DNA of 64,000 nt from Octopus sinensis (taxonomy: Eukaryota), in NCBI RefSeq assembly GCF_006345805.1, contig NC_043003.1, forward strand, positions 53,568,001-53,632,000, in the 5' to 3' direction. Both the position numbers and the translations under genes were made by a program. Of this stretch, positions 61,081 through 64,000 are shown piece after piece. Under the pieces are notes generated by a model that did not search any database, was not told the origin of the DNA, and saw only the letters and a list, made by a program, of their open reading frames with translations. Every line of letters begins with the position of its first letter. The stretch's first letter is position 1.

Positions 61081-62329
61081 GTCGCTTGTTTATTGTCATG
61101 AAGAGACAGCAGAGACGGGGGGGGGGAGAGACTAAAACAAAGTATTGAAGACATGAATGTGTCGGTCTGTGTTTATCTCTCTATGTGTGTGTGTGTGTGA
61201 CCGCTCACATTTGTTTTGCTTTCTTTATTTTTTAACATGTAATTGATTCCGTGTTCTTGTTTCAAAATCAAATGACCAATTAAATAATCAACCGATTGTT
61301 AGTTTATTCACATAAACTGCGGAATTTCTTCCCGAATTGTTTATACATGGATTAAAAAGAAATTCAACGAGCTTTTTTTCCTCTATTTTCACTCCTTTCT
61401 TACAATTTGTATTTGTTGTTATTGTCGTAAATATTGCCATTAATTTCTTCTATTAGACACAGGTCTTCAGGTCGCCGCTTGATAGCGGAAATAAGATTGA
61501 CGTTCCTATTTTTAAGAGGTTTAGTAACGTCAACAAACATTTATCTTTTATTACAAATTGAAACTGTTTACATCGATTCTACGACGTTCGTCTATGAAAG
61601 TATTAAAATTGTTTATTTGTTGATATTTTGGCTACATAACTGTTCTTTTATTGATGAATATATTGATTCAATCAAACGAGATATCAATATCACAAGTTTT
61701 TATTTCCTCATGACTAAAAAACAAAGATTACGTTTACACTTAAGGAAATTTTAAATGTAGCCCAGTTCCAAATACTTTGAATCTGGCACTCAGTGTAAGA
61801 TTGTTTTTTCTTAATTCTTTTTGTTTTCAACTTCAGAGCCTATTACGATTAAGACAGTAATTGATTTCTTGTGTATTTTTCATTATATATACACAGGGAA
61901 AATGTGTTAATTCTACACCCTGTTTTGAACCACATAGTTCAATTATATCCCACCGACAAAATGGCAAAAGTGTTGCCATAAAGAACAGTCAGCGAAATAT
62001 ACTGCATCATAAGGTTCTTTCCTCAAGCTCGTCGCCTTCATCCCAATGTGATGAAGAGCAGAAGATCCGGGACTGAAGCAACCAGAGGCCTGCAAAAAGG
62101 AATCTGTCCATTAATGACTGGTATTGAGTCGTTTTTTTTTTTGTTTTTTTTTTGTTCCTCTGTGTTGCAAGTGGCAGCTCCCAGGTATATACATAATGTC
62201 ATAAGGTTGGTTCTGCCGAATGTATTACAATAAGTGGGATCCCAAATTGAGAACTTACACCCACCCACTGAATGGTTACAGAGTTATACTATCTAGATGC
62301 CTACCGTCACCAATGTCAAGGCACACAAG

Positions 62330-62770
62330 TTCTAGCGGTGAAGGGAAACCAGCAGCTTTGAGGGACTTGCCATTTCACATTCAATGTTATTGAAAAGGAT
62401 ATTATTAATTATGGCATAGCAAAGGAAACGTCCCATTGTAGAGACGAAAGTGCAGATGCTATAGAGCGGCATTCATGTGACGTACACATATGCAAACCAC
62501 CATGATACAGAACAACTTTAATGTATATCCGCTCATCACCAAGAAAGGTACCTCACAATGAATCAATGAGGAGGGTATTGTGTTGCATCAGTTCTGCTGT
62601 CTGGAGATAAACAAGACGGTGTTCGTGAAAGAATGAGTATATTAGGTTCTGATGTGTGAAAGGAAACGTTGTCAGCCAGAGCACGTGAGGAAAGGTAGGC
62701 TGATAATATAACAAAACAAAGATGAAAATGTAAAACTGGAAGACATATATAGTGAAAGGACACTGACTGA
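62330..62770 (-). mobile_element. Possible degenerate Helitron Rep/helicase coding fragment
   Basis: Scattered motifs across frames: HV..LTTF..HIRT, FHE, LKLFCIMVVC, GKSLKAAGFPSP resemble Helitron HV.GPTSF..LRT / LR.LFA.IL..C / GKSL..FGLP.P. Heavily decayed. Confidence 0.35.
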
Positions 62771-62926
62771 GATATATTAATTCTGTGTTAAGTGTGAGTG
62801 TAACTTTATGCAATAATCATAGTTTCATAAGTTTCTTTAGCTTGCTTTAACCATAGAGCTAAATCCATACTGGAGCAAGAACATGTTTTTATGAATTGCT
62901 GCCCTTATATATATATACCATGTGAA

Positions 62927-63209
62927 CGTGAACGACCAGGCTATCAGATGTTGCTACACATCGCTGGTCACAATGCGCTTCGCATTGTTTTAGCCTTCAA
63001 ATGACGCCACCCCGCTGGCTAAGCGAGCTGGCCAACAGAAGAAAGAGTGAGAGAAAGTTGTGGCGAAAGAGTACAACAGGGATCGCCACCATCCTCTGCC
63101 GGAGCCTCATGGAACTTTTAGATGTTTTCGCTCTCTAAACACTCGCAACGCCTGGTCTGGAAATCGAAACCGCGAGTCCGCTGCCCTAACCACTGGGCCA
63201 TTGCGCCTT

Positions 63210-63211
<2 letters not shown>
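62927..63211 (-). mobile_element. SINE family C head with an alternative 3' region; CpG-rich copy
   Basis: ggcgcaatggcccagtggttagggcagcggactcgcggtttcgatttcc head in reverse. Confidence 0.8.
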
Positions 63212-63245
<34 letters not shown>

Positions 63246-63499
63246 CATACGTTAAACGATGATGATGATGTGGTGGGGTGGTATGAACAACAATAGGACA
63301 GGAATTATGTTATCACTTTCATTAGCTTACAACTGTTTCTAACCTACAGCTGATGCATCAGTTCAGCCAGTTTTAAGTTAACTATCCATGATAGAAAAAA
63401 GTGTTCCATTTCTAACCTATCCGACATAGCTAAAACAGATTACTAAAACCATTCTCTAATATGCCTTCACATTCTTCACACAATTAAATCTCATAACCC

Positions 63500-64000
63500 C
63501 AAGCTCACCAGTAGTTTACACACAGTTTTGCTGCAATAATGTTAGTGGAGAACCCTACATGGAGATACTCAACCACTTCAATCAACAAGGTAACTTTTAC
63601 CTCTTACAGCAGCATCTTTTAAGATTATCATCTGAAAAGCAAGAAATACTTTCATGCATCTTACACCCTACAAACTCTTCCAACTCCAATATTTTAGTTA
63701 GTTTTAGTTCCTTGCCAAGAAGACCCCTACTTATTTCATGGAATCCGCCAACCAATCTTTCCTGAATCAAGATGATGGTTTAGTAAGCATCAGTCCTTCA
63801 GATAAAGTTTCTATGTTGTACTGGCCACTTGCTTTGATTCTAAGCCTGCAACGCACACACTAATCAAGACTCCACAAAACTTACCTTACAAATCTACTCA
63901 TCTCAACTTCCACATACATGTAAGCATTATGAATAAAAACATCCCTGGTCACTTCACATTAATAATATCATTGTCCCTGTCAATGTCTTTTCCATCACCT
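63500..64000 (+). mobile_element. Degenerate CR1/L2-group LINE ORF2 fragment (linker between endonuclease and RT)
   Basis: FLNQDDGLVSISPSDKVSML at about 63759-63818 resembles the CR1-type DG...S..DKA..F motif; many stops. Confidence 0.45.

Larger units (their letters stand above)
58330..61800. promoter_or_regulatory. CpG-retaining, SINE-poor zone (probable unmethylated promoter region)
   Basis: By eye, CG dinucleotides are frequent here (cgcg, tcgcga, gcgcgt) and scarce in unique sequence of 1-58 kb; almost no SINE copies. Confidence 0.55.

Noticed and set aside
61800-61860. Strong plus-strand acceptor suggesting a divergent gene
   Set aside because: No coherent exon, donor or ORF could be attached to it.
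403-63765. Nearly all ORFs in the supplied six-frame track
   Set aside because: They coincide with SINEs, microsatellites or AT-rich noise (for example the recurring ...RASFSFRLPNPLTRLWSARGYSRRHL... is the reverse of SINE family A) and lack protein-family motifs and splice support.

Overview
AT-rich, repeat-saturated eukaryotic genomic DNA. The SINE/LINE families and (TA)n/(CA)n/(GAT)n microsatellite style point to an octopus; this is inferred from the repeat families, not from a database search. The only host-gene coding sequence I can support is the first coding exon of a coronin-7/pod-1 gene on the minus strand at the extreme left (ATG at 93; MAWRFKASKYKNSCPKFPKKE; GTAAGT donor at 30). A CpG-retaining promoter-like zone at about 58.3-61.8 kb holds a CRE/M-box/ETS cluster and a candidate non-coding first exon with a donor at 60848. 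Nearly the whole window therefore looks like 5'UTR intron sequence of up to about 60 kb. It is filled with several tRNA-derived SINE families, 5'-truncated RTE, CR1, R4/Dong-type and Penelope-like retroelement fossils, a fragmented hAT (Buster/SPIN-type) transposase, TTAA-flanked and 8-bp-TSD MITEs, a Helitron and a Helentron-type element. Two structures stand out. (1) A tRNA-headed SINE carries a Penelope-type minimal hammerhead ribozyme in its tail; at two independent loci it integrated as a tail-out palindrome flanked by a 13-bp target duplication. (2) A CpG-rich ~490-bp tandem array with a fold-back inversion sits inside the (TA)n tract of one SINE copy; it may be real or a long-read artefact. 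The six-frame ORF track is almost entirely repeat-derived noise. No prokaryotic features, CRISPR arrays, rRNA or intact tRNA genes were found. Boundaries of degenerate repeats are read by eye (about +/-10-20 bp).
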